A DNA stretch of 64,000 bases from the human T2T-CHM13v2.0 reference genome, Homo sapiens (GCF_009914755.1 NC_060932.1); one strand, 5' to 3'; positions 29,761 to 44,504 are shown, counted from the first letter of the stretch. Notes: generated from the sequence alone by a model not told the origin. Numbers and translations: made by a program.

Positions 29761-32700
29761 TCCAACTTGATTAATTTAATTTAGAGTGACGTTAACTCTA
29801 TTCATTCACTAGAAAACTGTCTACTGGTGTGGACCAAGTCTGAGGAAACACTTGGTCTATAGAACAGATGGCTGGCTTGCCTTGATGAAGCTGTCTGTTT
29901 AATGGGTAGGAAGACATTAATAAATAATCACACCATAAGCCATCTAATTTTATTGGAATAAATTCCTTGAAAAAGGGCTGTGAAGACACAGGCCTTGACC
30001 TTGGAGTATAGGCAGGGGCTTCAGGAATGGCTTTTCTGAGGCAGTAACATTTCAAATGAGACTTTCAGGAATAAGAGTGGGCTAGGGAAGAGAAGCCGGA
30101 AGGGCAGGTGTTCTTGGCAGTGGGGATGGCCAGTGAGTGTCCCGAAAGAAGGCTAGCTTCTGCCACCATGCCCTGCCTGCAAACTAGACAGGTAGCAATG
30201 GTAAATGCATGGCAGGTGATTGGGACACAGAAGAGGGATACCAGCATCAAAAAGGTTTCCTGGAGGAGACACATTTGAGCCAGGTGAAAGGAGGCAGGAT
30301 GAGGTACATTTCTGAAAGAGGAGATTTGGCAAGGTCACAGAGGCAACAGGGATTTGGGGAGTGAGACGAAGCAAAGTCCGACTCTTATTGCAGGGGTAGG
30401 AAGCTAGGGAACTGTGGGCAGAGATTTGAAACTGCCACATGGAGATGTGGAGAGAGTGGGAGCACTGGAGGGCCAATGGGGTGTTGGTGGAACAAGGTCA
30501 AATTGAAATGTTTGGATGACAGCTTCGAGTGAAGCAAAATTAGAAATAGGGCCTCCTCATAAAACTGAAGAATCACACTTCAGACTTGTTCCGGGTTAAA
30601 TTTTGTTTACAAAAGCAGGGGGCAGCAGACTGGATTTGGCCCATGGGCTGTGGTTTTCCTACTTCTGCTCCAGATGGGAGACTGGAGGTTCAGGGAAAAG
30701 CATATACTAACCATGGTGGGAATCTCTTTTGGAGAGGAATGCATTAAGTGAAACCATCTTGCTGGCATCTCTTTCTGTGCTGGTTGGTTTCTTGTGGTTC
30801 AGAAATACAGTGAGTAAGTCAGTCAACAAGACTGTACAAGAGTTTTCTAAGTTCCAGGTCTGTGCTAGGACCCAGAGATCGGTGAGAACAAAATGGAAGG
30901 GACATCTTTGTGCCCATTCAGTGAGCCGGTGCATGTTGATTGTCCACTATGGGGCAGGCTCTCTGCCAACACCTTGAGATTCTAGACTAGTACTGAACAA
31001 GTCTAGTGGCACGTCTATCCCTCCATCAGTCCATCCATCCACCCAGCTACTCAACAAGCATGTCACGAACTTCTGCCAGCATAAGACATGTTGGCAGGAC
31101 TCTGTGGGATTTATTGGTAACCCAGCCATGACTCTTGCTTCCAACTTGCCTACCTTCTAGAGAGATAGATAAGCCAAGAGCATTAAATATCCAAGGTCTG
31201 AGGTGGACAGGGAAATGTACTACCAGCAAAGTACAGATGGGGGTGGGGTGGGTGCTCAGAGCAGAATTAGAAGACTTTCAGCTGGAAGAGATCAGGAAGG
31301 CTGACAAGATGACATCTAGTTTCCTGTTAACCCTTTAAAGTGACATATGAGTCTCTGCAAGGATTACAAGCAGATTTGAAAAGACAATGCTCTTCTGTAC
31401 ATGCTGTTAGCCCTTGGGTCCCATCAGGGCAAGTATTACAAATGCCTTGTGATTTCACCGTCCTGGAGATGGCTCCTTTCTCCTACCAGCAAAAGGATCT
31501 TACCCAGCACAGTTTGCCTATTTGCTAGGAATTTTCATGTGTCAGCTCTTGAGTTGGGCACTGAAAGGAGTTATTAATAGAAAATAATAATTCTTGCAAT
31601 AACTGTGCTGTGTGTTGTTCCATCTATTTTAAATATGGGGAAGCTGAGGCTAAGAGGATTAAGTAGCTTGCCTGGTATTACAGAAGAGAAGGAAGCAAGC
31701 ATGGAACCCATATCTCTTGACTCTCAGATGATTCTCTCTTTAACAAACTCTCTGGTTGCCAGTCTTCAGATTAGTAGCCTATAATTTGCTTTGACTTCTT
31801 CCTCCATTCAGGTCAGCTCCCTGCTTGACATTTCTTTCTCCACTCCATTTCTCAGAGACAGCTCTTTCTGCTTTATTCCCACAACCACTGCACCAGCTCC
31901 ATGCTCATCATTATTGGGTCAACAAACATTTATTTTCTGCCCACAGGGGATCATAGTCTATTATCCAGGATTTTCCTGGGTAATAAATTGGCCTTCTCAC
32001 TTTTTACTTTCCCCTTTCAAATCTGCCAATCAGATACCAGTAATAAGCCATCTCCTTAGCATAATGTAAGACACATTCACTGATTATCTAACTTGTGGCA
32101 GGCATTGTCCTGGGTCCTGAGGAAGAAAAATTACAAATTTACAAATCTCATAGTTTACAAAGCATTTTACTGAAGCCAGATAGACCTCAGGATAAATAGC
32201 AAACTTCATCTGAGTTGGCCATAGGGAGTCTGGGCAAAAGAAACACTCTTGATACAGAAAGAAAGAAAAGATGGGTTTTCTGAAAGAAAGAAGAAGCTTG
32301 TGCAGTATTTGGCAGCCCCAGCCAACAGCACAAGAGGGAAGGGAGAAAGAGCACCTCATTCCCAATTGTAGGGCAAGAACAGATTCAATACAGCTACATA
32401 AGGAGCCAAGACTGAATTAGATGTGTAGGGAGGATGTCCTGTTACCTGAGCCCAAAGTTTAACACCCTTTGATCACTTTCCGTCTAGAGAGATCGCTCAG
32501 CAAAGGTCATTGGTTATGATAATTAAAGTGTTTTTCTAAATAGAAGCAATTTCAAGAAGGCAGGTTGACCTTTGGGAGAATTTCTAGCAGCAATCACTTC
32601 ATGATTGATTGGAAATATCTGCAAATACACGTGTCCTGAGAGGTGAATGAGAAATGTGTGCAGTTACTGTTTTCCCAATGAGTCTATTTGTCCTTGTGGA

Positions 32701-33432
32701 ACAGTTTAGGGGAGAGTAGCATTGAGGAAACAAAAATGGCCCAGGGATCTTGGAAGCTCTATGTGTGAGTATATTCCTCAGTTTTCAGATTTAGGGGATT
32801 GGGGAGGGATGTGGAAAGCATAGACAGAAGGCACTGCAGAAGAGGAGAGTAAATGACTTTAGGTCATTGAACTGGTTTTTGATAGAAATCAAGTTAAGAA
32901 AAATAGAAGTCAATAGTACTAAGTTTGAACTTTATCTTTCTAAAAACTGCTTCTGTGGGCAGAGTTCATATGCTGGAGGAATGAATCATAATGACACCCT
33001 TTGGTATGACCCTGGGGAGAATAAATGTGACTTAGTTGAGGTTTCTGAGGATGACATTCAGAAAGAAAACAAGAGAGGGAAATACCCTTTCTCTCTGTCA
33101 CACTCTCAGGTTAGAAACTCACTTTAGGGGCCACAGCCTATGACAAATACACTCATGCAAATTCTGTGCTTGCTTCCATGCTCCATTTCTTTGCCAACTA
33201 TGTAGCTAAGCAAAATGGAACAAGAAATAGTGTCTTGGGAGAAATAAAATTGCTGGATTAGATACAGGCCACCTTTATATAAGAAAAAACGTTAAATTAT
33301 GCTACTGGTGAAATAAGTCCATTTGGGTTATTGTGGAATTTTATGTGAGACTGAGATAGCTGATTAAGATGGTGATGCTTGAGTATTATCATTTTAGTAA
33401 TAAATATTTCCAGAATCAAAGTGAATAATATG

Positions 33433-33697
33433 TAGGGAAGAGGGAGGCAAACTGCGGCCATGGGCCAGCAGCCTGGTTTTTTGTTTTGTTTTGTTTTATG
33501 GCTCTTGAGCTAAGAATAATTTTTAAATTTTGAAGTGGTTACATTTTATTTTATTTTATTTTTTTAGGCTAGTCTAGTGAATACATTTTAAATGCTTATA
33601 CAAGCACTGAGTGATAGCCTCAATTTTGCCTGTTGGCTCACAAAGTCTACAATATTAATTAACTGTATCTTCTAAAAAACAGTTTGTCAGCCCCTGG
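33433..33697. mobile_element. MER58-like hAT MITE
   Basis: 'ggcaaactgcggccatgggcc...gtttgtcagcccctg'. Confidence 0.6.
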
Positions 33698-33716
33698 GAC
33701 AATAAATAGTAGATAT

Positions 33717-34032
<316 letters not shown>

Positions 34033-34119
34033 GAATGTATAGTCTCCTGGGTCAAAGAGATCTGAATTTGGATTTTGCCTAGATACATCATTAATTCATT
34101 TCAAAATACTTATCAAGTA

Positions 34120-34560
34120 GGTATTCTTTCTTCACTTGGCTTCCAAGATGCCACCCTCTCCTAAATTTCCCCCTTCCTCACTCACCAATTCTTATCAATC
34201 TTCTTTGCCAGTTGCTCCCAGTCTTCCTAATCTCTCAGCACCAAGACCACAGCTCAGGTCTTGGCCCCACTCCTCTTTTCCGCCTGTACTCACCTGGTGC
34301 TTGTGCCGAGAGTTCATTCTTCCCATTGTATTTACTAACACCAATGTGCTGATGACTTCCAAATTTATACTTTTAGCCCAGATCTCTCCCTTAAACTCTA
34401 CAGTCGTAATGCAACTGTCTTCTTTAATATCTCCATTTGATGATGAACATATATCTCAAACTTAACATGCACAAAATGGAGCTTCTGATCTTCATCCCCA
34501 AACCTGATTTTTCTAGAGTCTTCCTTGTATTGGTAAATGATAACTTCATTCTCCCTGTTA
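34120..34560 (+). mobile_element. L2 fragment
   Basis: 'tgctgatgacttccaaatttatac...agcccagatctctccc...atctcaaacttaacatg' is the L2 RT-region (YADD-equivalent) signature. Confidence 0.6.
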
Positions 34561-35279
34561 TGTCAGTTTCTTCATTGGAAATGGGCATAGAACCTGTCTC
34601 AGGGCTGATATAAAGAATAAATGAGATAATATAGTGTTACCGCTACTCATAAGACCTACGACAGTCAGCATTCAATAAAAGTGAGGAGAGGACAGCATAA
34701 CCTTTCCATTCTTTCATCTAATGGCTCTGTTCTTTCCTTCTCTTTCAGACCCTTACTATCTTATCCTAGAACCATTACAAAAATTTAGTAACTGGTAGCC
34801 TTGATTTAGTAGTAAAGTGGTAATTATAGAAAATATTATTCTCCCCATTTAAAGATGAGGAAAATGAAACAGCCAAGATGCCCTAGTCCCACCTCCTAGC
34901 AAGCACCAAAGTTGGAATTTAAACATCAGCCAACTGAAAAGCCAGTGTTCTCCAGGCTCATCCTCTGCAACACAGCCTTCACCAGCTTACTGTCAGGTGA
35001 AGCGCACACCCTACAAGGCTAAATATGACAACAAAACAGGGTAACTGGACTATGGGAGACAAGAGTAGAGGTTCCTCAACTGAGCTAACATATCAGAATT
35101 CTCTGAAAGTTTTATGCAGATTCCTGAGCTTTGCACTAGAACTACTGAATCAGGTTGGGCCCAAGAATGTATAAATTTTTAGAGCTCCAAAGGCATTTTT
35201 GAGCAGTCAGATTTAGGCGCTCCTGCTCTAGGTTTTAAAAGGAAGATTTCCTAATATTTAGAGCCAATAAATATAATAC

Positions 35280-35930
35280 AATCATCTACAACTCTCAAAG
35301 AGAGACGAAAAACCAGATTTTCCAATATATAAATGGGCAAAGGGCATAAAAGGAGGATTTACAAAAGAGGAAGCAAAATGGTTAATAGAAATATTTCAAG
35401 TTATGAGACCTACTTATATTCAAATAATACAAACTTCTAAATGTTAATAAAATGCCATTTTTAGCTACCAAATTAGCCAAGTTTTTTTTAATGCAAATAC
35501 AGTATTCCTGTGAGTATGTGATGAGATGGGCACTTTCATAAACTACTGAGAAGGCAAATATTGGAGGTACCACTTTGAAAAGCAATTTGGTAGCATGTAC
35601 CAAAGTCTTGGAAATGTCAGTAGTCTTTAATTCAGAAACTCCCTTATATAAATACATGCAATAAAATAATCCAAAAGCAATGAAAAAAATATGTACTGCA
35701 CCTAAAAGACATTTATAACAATCATTTACAAAAGCAAAATAAATAAAAATAAGTGAAATGTTAAAACAAGAGAAAATGTGAATTATTCAGCATCATTGAT
35801 TATTAAGCAGTTATCAGATCTTTCAGAATACACTATATTATTTCATTTTACACAAATAAATAAATATATATGCCGGGGGAAAAGTTTGAATGTCCTTACA
35901 CCAAACTGTTAACAACAGGGTCTGTAAGTG
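35280..35930 (+). mobile_element. Old L1 (L1ME-like) ORF2 3' fragment
   Basis: 'aaatgggcaaagggcataaa', 'ccactttgaaaagcaatttggtag'. Confidence 0.55.
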
Positions 35931-36788
35931 GAGCATAATATTGTTCTACCCATATAAATTTGTTCAGACAAATTATGCTAAATCCACTACTCAAAATATG
36001 ATGTTTCTTCTTTTTAGAAGGTTCTACCCTGCTTTCTATGCTGGTAAAATATTTTTGTTTTGAGAACTAATGCAAGTGTCATCTCCCCTATAAAATCTAA
36101 GTGTTTTTTACCCAAGCAGTGATCCGTTTATCCCCTTTATTTGTTAGCACAGATTACCTTTATTTTAGCACTTACTTGCTATTCAAAAATTATCTGTTGC
36201 TGTATTTGTTCCTCCCAGCAGACTATGAGCTGCCTGAAGGCAAGATCTGGGGGGTCTTACGTGGCCAGAAGCGTTTATTAAATTAAATTCCTTGAATGAT
36301 AGAAAGAAAGCTCAATGGAAACCTTCCATTTAGTGTCTGTGACTCCATCACAAAGAATGCTGTGCAAATTGCTAAGAGGATAGATAACTGTTTTTACCAC
36401 CAGAAAAAAAAAGAGAGAACAGAAAATGGTAAATAGTTATCTCATGTTGATGAAATGGTGGATATATTAATCACCTTGATTATAGTGTTTATTTCAAAAT
36501 GTATATGTGTATCAAGACATCAAGCTATGCACCTTAAATATATACAATATTTGTTTATCAATTATACCTCAATAAATAGGAAAAAAAATGTGAAAGACTT
36601 TTGGCTTCTACTTAGGATATAGAAAGCAGGAAAGAGTAGCACTCCTAGAAGTACTAGAAAATAATGCTAAAGAATCTGCAGATTCACAGCTCTTTATTTT
36701 TATTTATTTATTTATTTATTTAAACTAATCAGAGAACTGAGGTCGCAAGACAACAAACTGGTCCTAAATAAAAAGTAAGAAAAATGTC

Positions 36789-37697
36789 GGGGAGGAGCCA
36801 AGATGGCCAAATAGGAACAGCTCCGGTCTACAGCTCCCAGCATGAGCGACGCGGAAAATGGGTGATTTCTGCATTTCCATCGGAGGTACCGGGTTCATCT
36901 CACTAGGGAGTGCCAGACAGTGGGCACAGGTCAGTGGGTGTGCGCACCGTGCGCAAGCCAAAGCAAGGTGAGGCATTGCCTCACTTGGGAAGTGCAAGGG
37001 GTCAGGGAGTTCCCTTTCCGAGTCAAAGAAAGGGGTGATGGACGCACCTGGAAAATCGGGTCACTCCCACCTGAATATTGCGCTTCTCGGACCAGCTTAA
37101 AAAACGGCGCACCACGAGATTATATCCCGCACCTGGCTCGGAGGGTCCTACGCCCACGGAGTCTTGCTGATTGCTAGCACAGCAGTCTGAGATCAAACTG
37201 CAAGGCAGCAGCGAGGCTGGGGGAGGGGCGCCCGCCATTGCCCAGGCTTGCTTAGGTAAACAAAGCAGCCAGCCGGGAAGCTCGAACTGGGTGGAGCCCA
37301 CCACAGCTCAAGGAGGCCTGCCTGCCTCTGTAGGCTCCACCTCTGGGGGCAGGGCACAGACAAACAAAAAGACAGCAGTAACCTCTGCCGACTTAAATGT
37401 CCCTGTCTGACAGCTTTGAAGAGAGCAGTGGTTCTCCCAGCACGCAGCTGGAGATCTGAGAACGGGCAGACTGCCTCCTCAAGTGGGTCCCTGACCCCTG
37501 AACCCCGAGCAGCCTAACTGGGAGGCACCCCCCAGCAGGGGCACACTGACACCTCACACTGCAGGGTATTCCAACAGACCTGCAGCTGAGGGTCCTGTCT
37601 GTTAGAAGGAAAACTAACAAACAGAAAGGACATCCACACCGAAAACCCATCTGTACATCACCATCATCAAAGACCAAAAGTAGATAAAACCACAAAG
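36789..37697 (+). promoter_or_regulatory. L1 5' UTR internal sense/antisense promoter with YY1 site (AAGATGGCC, 36800-36808)
   Basis: Canonical CpG-containing L1 5' UTR sequence upstream of the ORF1 ATG. Confidence 0.85.
37023..37238 (-). CDS. ORF0: L1 ORF0, 71 aa, open
   Basis: MAGAPPPASLLPCSLISDCCASNQQDSVGVGPSEPG...RFSRCVHHPFL inside the 37023..37304 track ORF; ATG at 37238. Confidence 0.8.
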   Translation of the reverse strand: MAGAPPPASLLPCSLISDCCASNQQDSVGVGPSEPGAGYNLVVRRFLSWSEKRNIQVGVTRFSRCVHHPFL

Positions 37698-38714
37698 ATG
37701 GGGAAAAAACAGAACAGAAAAATGGGAAACTCTAAAACGCAGAGCACCCCTCCTCCTCCAAAGGAACGCAGTTCCTCACCAGCAACGGAACAAAGCTGGA
37801 TGGAGAATGACTTTGACGAGCTGAGAGAAGAAGGCTTCAGACAATCAAATTACTCTGAGCTACGGGAGGACATTCAAACCAAAGGCAAAGAAGTTGAAAA
37901 CTTTGAAAAAAATTTAGAAGAATGTATAACTAGAATAACCAATACACAGAAGTGCTTAAAGGAGCTGATGGAGCTGAAAACCAAGGCTTGAGAACTACGT
38001 GAAGAATGCAGAAGCCTCAGGAGCCGATGTGATCAACTTGAAGAAAGGGTATCAGCAATGGAAGATGAAATGAATGAAATGAAGCAAGAAGGGAACTTTA
38101 GAGAAAAAAGAATAAAAAGAAATGAGCAAAGCCTCCAAGAAATATGGGACCATGTGAAAAGACCAAATCTACATCTGATTGGTGTACCTGAAAGTGATGG
38201 GGAGAATGGAACCCAGTTGGAAAACACTCTGCAGGATATTATCCAGGAGAACTTCCCCAATCTAGCAAGGCAGGCCAACGTTCAGATTCAGGAAATACAG
38301 AGAACACCACAAAGATACTACTCGAGAAGAGCAACTCCAAGACACATAATTGTCAGATTCACCAAAGTTGAAATGAAGGAAAAAATGTTAAGGGCAGCCA
38401 GAGAGAAAGGTCAGGTTACCCTCAAAGGGAAGCCCATCAGACTAAGAGCAGATCTCTCGGCAGAAACCCTACAAGCCAGAAGAGAGTGGGGGCCAATATT
38501 CAACATTCTTAAAGAAAAGAATTTTCAACCCAGAATTTCATATCCAGCCAAACTAAGCTTCATAAGTGAAGGAGAAATAAAATCCTTTACAGACAGGCAA
38601 ATGCTGAGAGATTTTGTCACCACCAGGCCTGCTCTAAAAGAGCTCCTGAAGGAAGCAATAAACATGGAAAGGAACAACCGGTACCAGCCGCTGCAAAATC
38701 ATACCAAAATGTAA
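37698..38714 (+). pseudogene. ORF1: L1 ORF1p with one premature TGA (37989-37991)
   Basis: MGKKQNRK...LKTKA* then in-frame ...MEDEMNEM...ARREW...YPAKLS...; CGA>TGA CpG decay. Confidence 0.93.
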
Positions 38715-38750
38715 AGACCATCAAGACTAGGAAGAAACTGCATCAACTAA

Positions 38751-40583
<1,833 letters not shown>

Positions 40584-40644
40584 TAGGCCTTTGACAAAAT
40601 TCAACAACGCTTCATGCTAAAAACTCTTAATAAATTAGGTATTG

Positions 40645-40809
40645 GGTCTCTTAAAAAAAAAATTAGCTTGGTGTGGTGGGTATGTGTCTGTGGCCCCAGC
40701 TATTTGGGAGGCCGGGGCGGGAGGATGACTTGAATTCAGGAGTTTAAGGTTATAGTGAGCCATGATCGTGCCACTGGACTCCAGCCTGGGTGACAGAGTG
40801 AGGCCCTAG

Positions 40810-40843
<34 letters not shown>
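40645..40843 (+). mobile_element. 5'-transduced AluJ right arm plus A30
   Basis: gtctcttaaaaaaaaaattagc...gggaggatgacttgaattcaggagttt...gccatgatc...gacagagtgaggccc, then 30 A; lies inside the outer TSD. Confidence 0.85.
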
Positions 40844-40845
<2 letters not shown>

Positions 40846-40846
<1 letters not shown>

Positions 40847-41131
40847 CCGGCCATGGTGGCCGCGCGTGGTGGTTGGCGCCGCTGCGCTGCGGCCCGGGGC
40901 AGTGCGGAGCCGGGACAGTCGCGGCGCTGACGCCCGCGGGCCCCAGCTGCAGATATGAAGCGGAGCCGCTGCCGCGACTGACCGCAGCCGCCGCCGCCCG
41001 ACCGCCGGGAGGATGGAGTTCAGCGGGCAGCGGAGCTGTCTCAGTCTTTGCCGCCGCGCCGGCGAGCGCCGCCCGGGAGGCAGCGGCTGGAGGAGCGGAA
41101 GGGCCCCGCGGGGCCCGAGGGCAAGGAGCAG
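40846..41131 (+). pseudogene. MAST2: Retroposed MAST2 exon 1 (CpG-rich 5' UTR and first codons), SVA_F1 leader
   Basis: ATG at 40955 gives MKRSRCRD*PQPPPPDRREDGVQRAAELSQSLPPRRRAPPGRQRLEERKGPAGPEGKEQ, the MAST2 N-terminus; joined at ...gagcag|ccgcctgccttggcc to the SVA splice acceptor. Confidence 0.9.
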
Positions 41132-43260
41132 CCGCCTGCCTTGGCCTCCCAAAGTGCCGAGATTGCAGCCTCTGCCCGGCCGCCACCCCGTCTGGGAAGT
41201 GAGGAGTGTCTCTGCCTGGCCGCCCATCGTCTGGGATGTGAGGAGCCCCTCTGCCTGGCTGCCCAGTCTGGAAAGTGAGGAGCGTCTCCGCCCGGCCGCC
41301 GTCACATCTAGGAAGTGAGGAGCGTCTCTGCCTGGCCGCCCATCATCTGAGATGTGGGGAGCGCCTCTGCCCCGCCGCCCCATCTGGGACGTGAGGAGCG
41401 CCTCTGCCCGGCCGAGACCCCGTCTGGGAGGTGAGGAGCGTCTCTGCCCGGCCGCCCCGTCTGAGAAGTGAGGAGCCCCTCCGCCCGGCAGCCACCCCAT
41501 CTGGGAAGTGAGGAGTGTCTCCGCCCGGCAGCCACCCCGTCCGGGAGGGAGGTGGGGGGGGTCAGCCCCCCGCCTGGCCAGCCGTGCTGTCTGGGAGGAA
41601 GGTGGGGGGGTCAGCCCCCTGCCCGGCCAGCCGCCCCGTCCGGGAGGGAGGTGGGGGGGGTCAGCCCCCCGCCTGGCCAGCCGTGCCGTCCGGGAGGGAG
41701 GTGGGGGGGTCAGCCCCCCGCCTGGCCAGCCGTGCCGTCCGGGAGGAAGGTGGGGGGTGTCAGCCCTCCGCCCGGCCAGCTGCCCCGTCTGGGAGGTGAG
41801 GGGCGCCTCTGCCCGGCCGCCCCTACTGGGAAGTGAGGAGCCCCTCTGCCCGGCCAGCCGCCCCGTCCGGGAGGGAGGTGGGGGGGTCGGCCCCCCGCCC
41901 GGCCAGCCGCCCCGTCCGGGAGGGAAGTGGGGGGGTCGGCCCCCCGCCCGGCCAGCCGCCCCGTCCGGGAGGGAGGTGGGGGGGTCGGCCCCCCGCCCGG
42001 CCAGCCGCCCCGTCCGGGAGGGAGGTGGGGGGGGGTCAGCCCCCCTGCCCGGCCAGCCGCCCCGTCCGGGAGGTGAGGGGCACCTCTGCCCGGCCGCCCC
42101 TACTGGGAAGTGAGGAGCCCCTCTGCCCGGCCAGCCGCCCCGTCCGGGAGGGAGGTTGGGGGGCCAGCTGCCCCGTCCGGGAGGTGAGGGGCGCCTCTGC
42201 CCGGCCGCCCCTACTGGGAAGTGAGGAGCCCCTCTGCCCGGCCAGCCGCCCCGTCCGGGAGGGAGGTGGGGGGGTCAGCCCCCCGCCCGGCCAGCCGCCC
42301 CGTCCGGGAGGGAGGTGGGGGGTGGTCAGCCGCCCCGTCCGGGAGGTGAGGGGCGCCTCTGCCCGGCCGCCCCTACTGGGAAGTGAGGAGCCCCTCTGCC
42401 CGGCCAGCTGCCCCGTCCGGGAGGGAGGTGGGGGGGGTCAGCCCCCCTGCCCGGCCAGCCGCCCCGTCCGGGAGGGAGGTGGGGGGGGGGGTCAGCCCCC
42501 CGCCCGGCCAGCCGCCCCGTCCGGGAGGTGAGGGGCGCCTCTGCCCGGCCGCTCCTACTGGGAAGTGAGGAGCCCCTCTGCCCGGCCAGCCGCCCCGTCC
42601 GGGAGGGAGGTTGGGGGGTCAGTCCCCCGCCCGGCCAGCCGCCCCGTCCAGGAGGTGAGGGGCGCCTCTGCCCAGCCGCCCCTACTGGGAAGTGAGGAGC
42701 CCCTCTGCCCGGCCACCACCCCGTCTGGGAGGTGTGCCCAACAGCTCATTGAGAACGGGCCAGGATGACAATGGCGGCTTTGTGGAATAGAAAGGCGGGA
42801 AAGGTGGGGAAAAGATTGAGAAATCGGATGGTTGCCGTGTCTGTGTAGAAAGAAGTAGACATGGGAGACTTTTCATTTTGTTCTGCACTAAGAAAAATTC
42901 CTCTGCCTTGGGATCCTGTTGATCTGTGACCTTACCCCCAACCCTGTGCTCTCTGAAACATGTGCTGTGTCCACTCAGGGTTAAATGGATTAAGGGCGGT
43001 GCAAGATGTGCTTTGTTAAACAGATGCTTGAAGGCAGCATGCTCCTTAAGAGTCATCACCAATCCCTAATCTCAAGTAATCAGGGACACAAACACTGCGG
43101 AAGGCCGCAGGGTCCTCTGCCTAGGAAAACCAGAGACCTTTGTTCACTTGTTTATCTGCTGACCTTCCCTCCACTATTGTCCCATGACCCTGCCAAATCC
43201 CCCTCTGTGAGAAACACCCAAGAATTATCAATAAAAAAATAAATTTAATAAAAAAAAAAA
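41132..43260 (+). mobile_element. SVA_F body: residual Alu-like domain, VNTR, SINE-R, poly(A)
   Basis: ccgcctgccttggcctcccaaagtgccgag...; GC-rich VNTR; SINE-R 'cagctcattgagaacgggcc...gaaacacccaagaattatcaataaa'; no CCCTCT hexamer. Confidence 0.95.
41170..42732 (+). repeat. SVA VNTR (~35-50-bp GC-rich units, G-quadruplex prone)
   Basis: Repeats such as gcccggccagccgccccgtccgggagggaggtgggggggtcagcccccc. Confidence 0.95.
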
Positions 43261-44030
43261 AGATTAATACACTCAATGTTATATAAATACGTGTGCTACT
43301 TAAATTTTGCACCCTAAGAACTTCACTTGCCTTAACCTAGTTCTGGTCCTGCTCTGCCACCCCTAGCTTAGATTACATAGGAGCACAAAATAGCTTAATT
43401 TACCAAGAGTGCATACATTGGGGAAGAAATAGTTCACCAAAAAGAAATTGGAATACAATTGGTGAAAATAGGCTGAATATATGATGTGTGGCCTGAAAAA
43501 AAATATCCATTACAAACATGAAGATGGCTGTGATATATTGCCAAATTCCCACAACCTTTTATAGCCCCTGTATCCACATCCTTTGTCATGTAAATTTTCA
43601 GCTCCCTCCCTTTGGATCAGGTTTATATGTTTGATGAGCTTTGACCAACAGAATGCAATTGGAATAGAACAATATTGGGAAAATCTTATTTGTTTTAAAA
43701 CTTCATTCAAAACTAGTCCCATGAAAAGGCAAACTGAGTATTATGTTAGCTGTGGGTTTTTCATATATAGTTTTTACATGGAGGTGGTTTTTTTATTTCT
43801 GGTTTGTTGTACATTTTTATCATGAAAGGGTATTACATTTTGTAAAATGCTTTTTTCTGCATCAATTAAGATGATCATGTGGGTTTTCTCCTTCATTCTG
43901 TTAATGTTAATTAATGTTAAATAATTAATGTTAATTAATTATGTTAATATTATGTTAATTAATTCTCATATGTTGAACCATCCTTGCATTCTAGGAATAA
44001 ATTCTACTTGGTCATGGTGTATAATCCTTT
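43261..44030 (+). other. 3' transduction (~770 bp) with AATAAA at 43996-44001
   Basis: Non-SVA, non-host sequence between the SVA poly(A) and the second A-tract/TSD; includes an MLT-like piece (~43530-43660) and antisense old L1 (~43735-44030). Confidence 0.88.
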
Positions 44031-44040
44031 AAAAAAATAA

Positions 44041-44501
<461 letters not shown>

Positions 44502-44504
44502 TAA

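Noticed and set aside
30610-30670. CTCF-like AGCAGGGGGCAG
   Set aside because: Lacks the 5' CC of the core and sits in a MER58-like remnant; unsupported
40846-41131. The genuine MAST2 locus
   Set aside because: Exon is spliced directly to SVA with no intron donor, has a premature stop and lies inside a TSD-bounded insert
41170-42732. Repeat array as a CRISPR-like system
   Set aside because: No unique spacers; it is the canonical SVA VNTR in human DNA
40736-42768. Many long overlapping Pro/Gly/Arg ORFs
   Set aside because: Stop-poor GC-rich SVA VNTR; only the MAST2-derived frame is meaningful
43735-44030. Twin-priming inversion of the host L1
   Set aside because: About 20% diverged from the host with a large indel, and located within the SVA insert's TSDs
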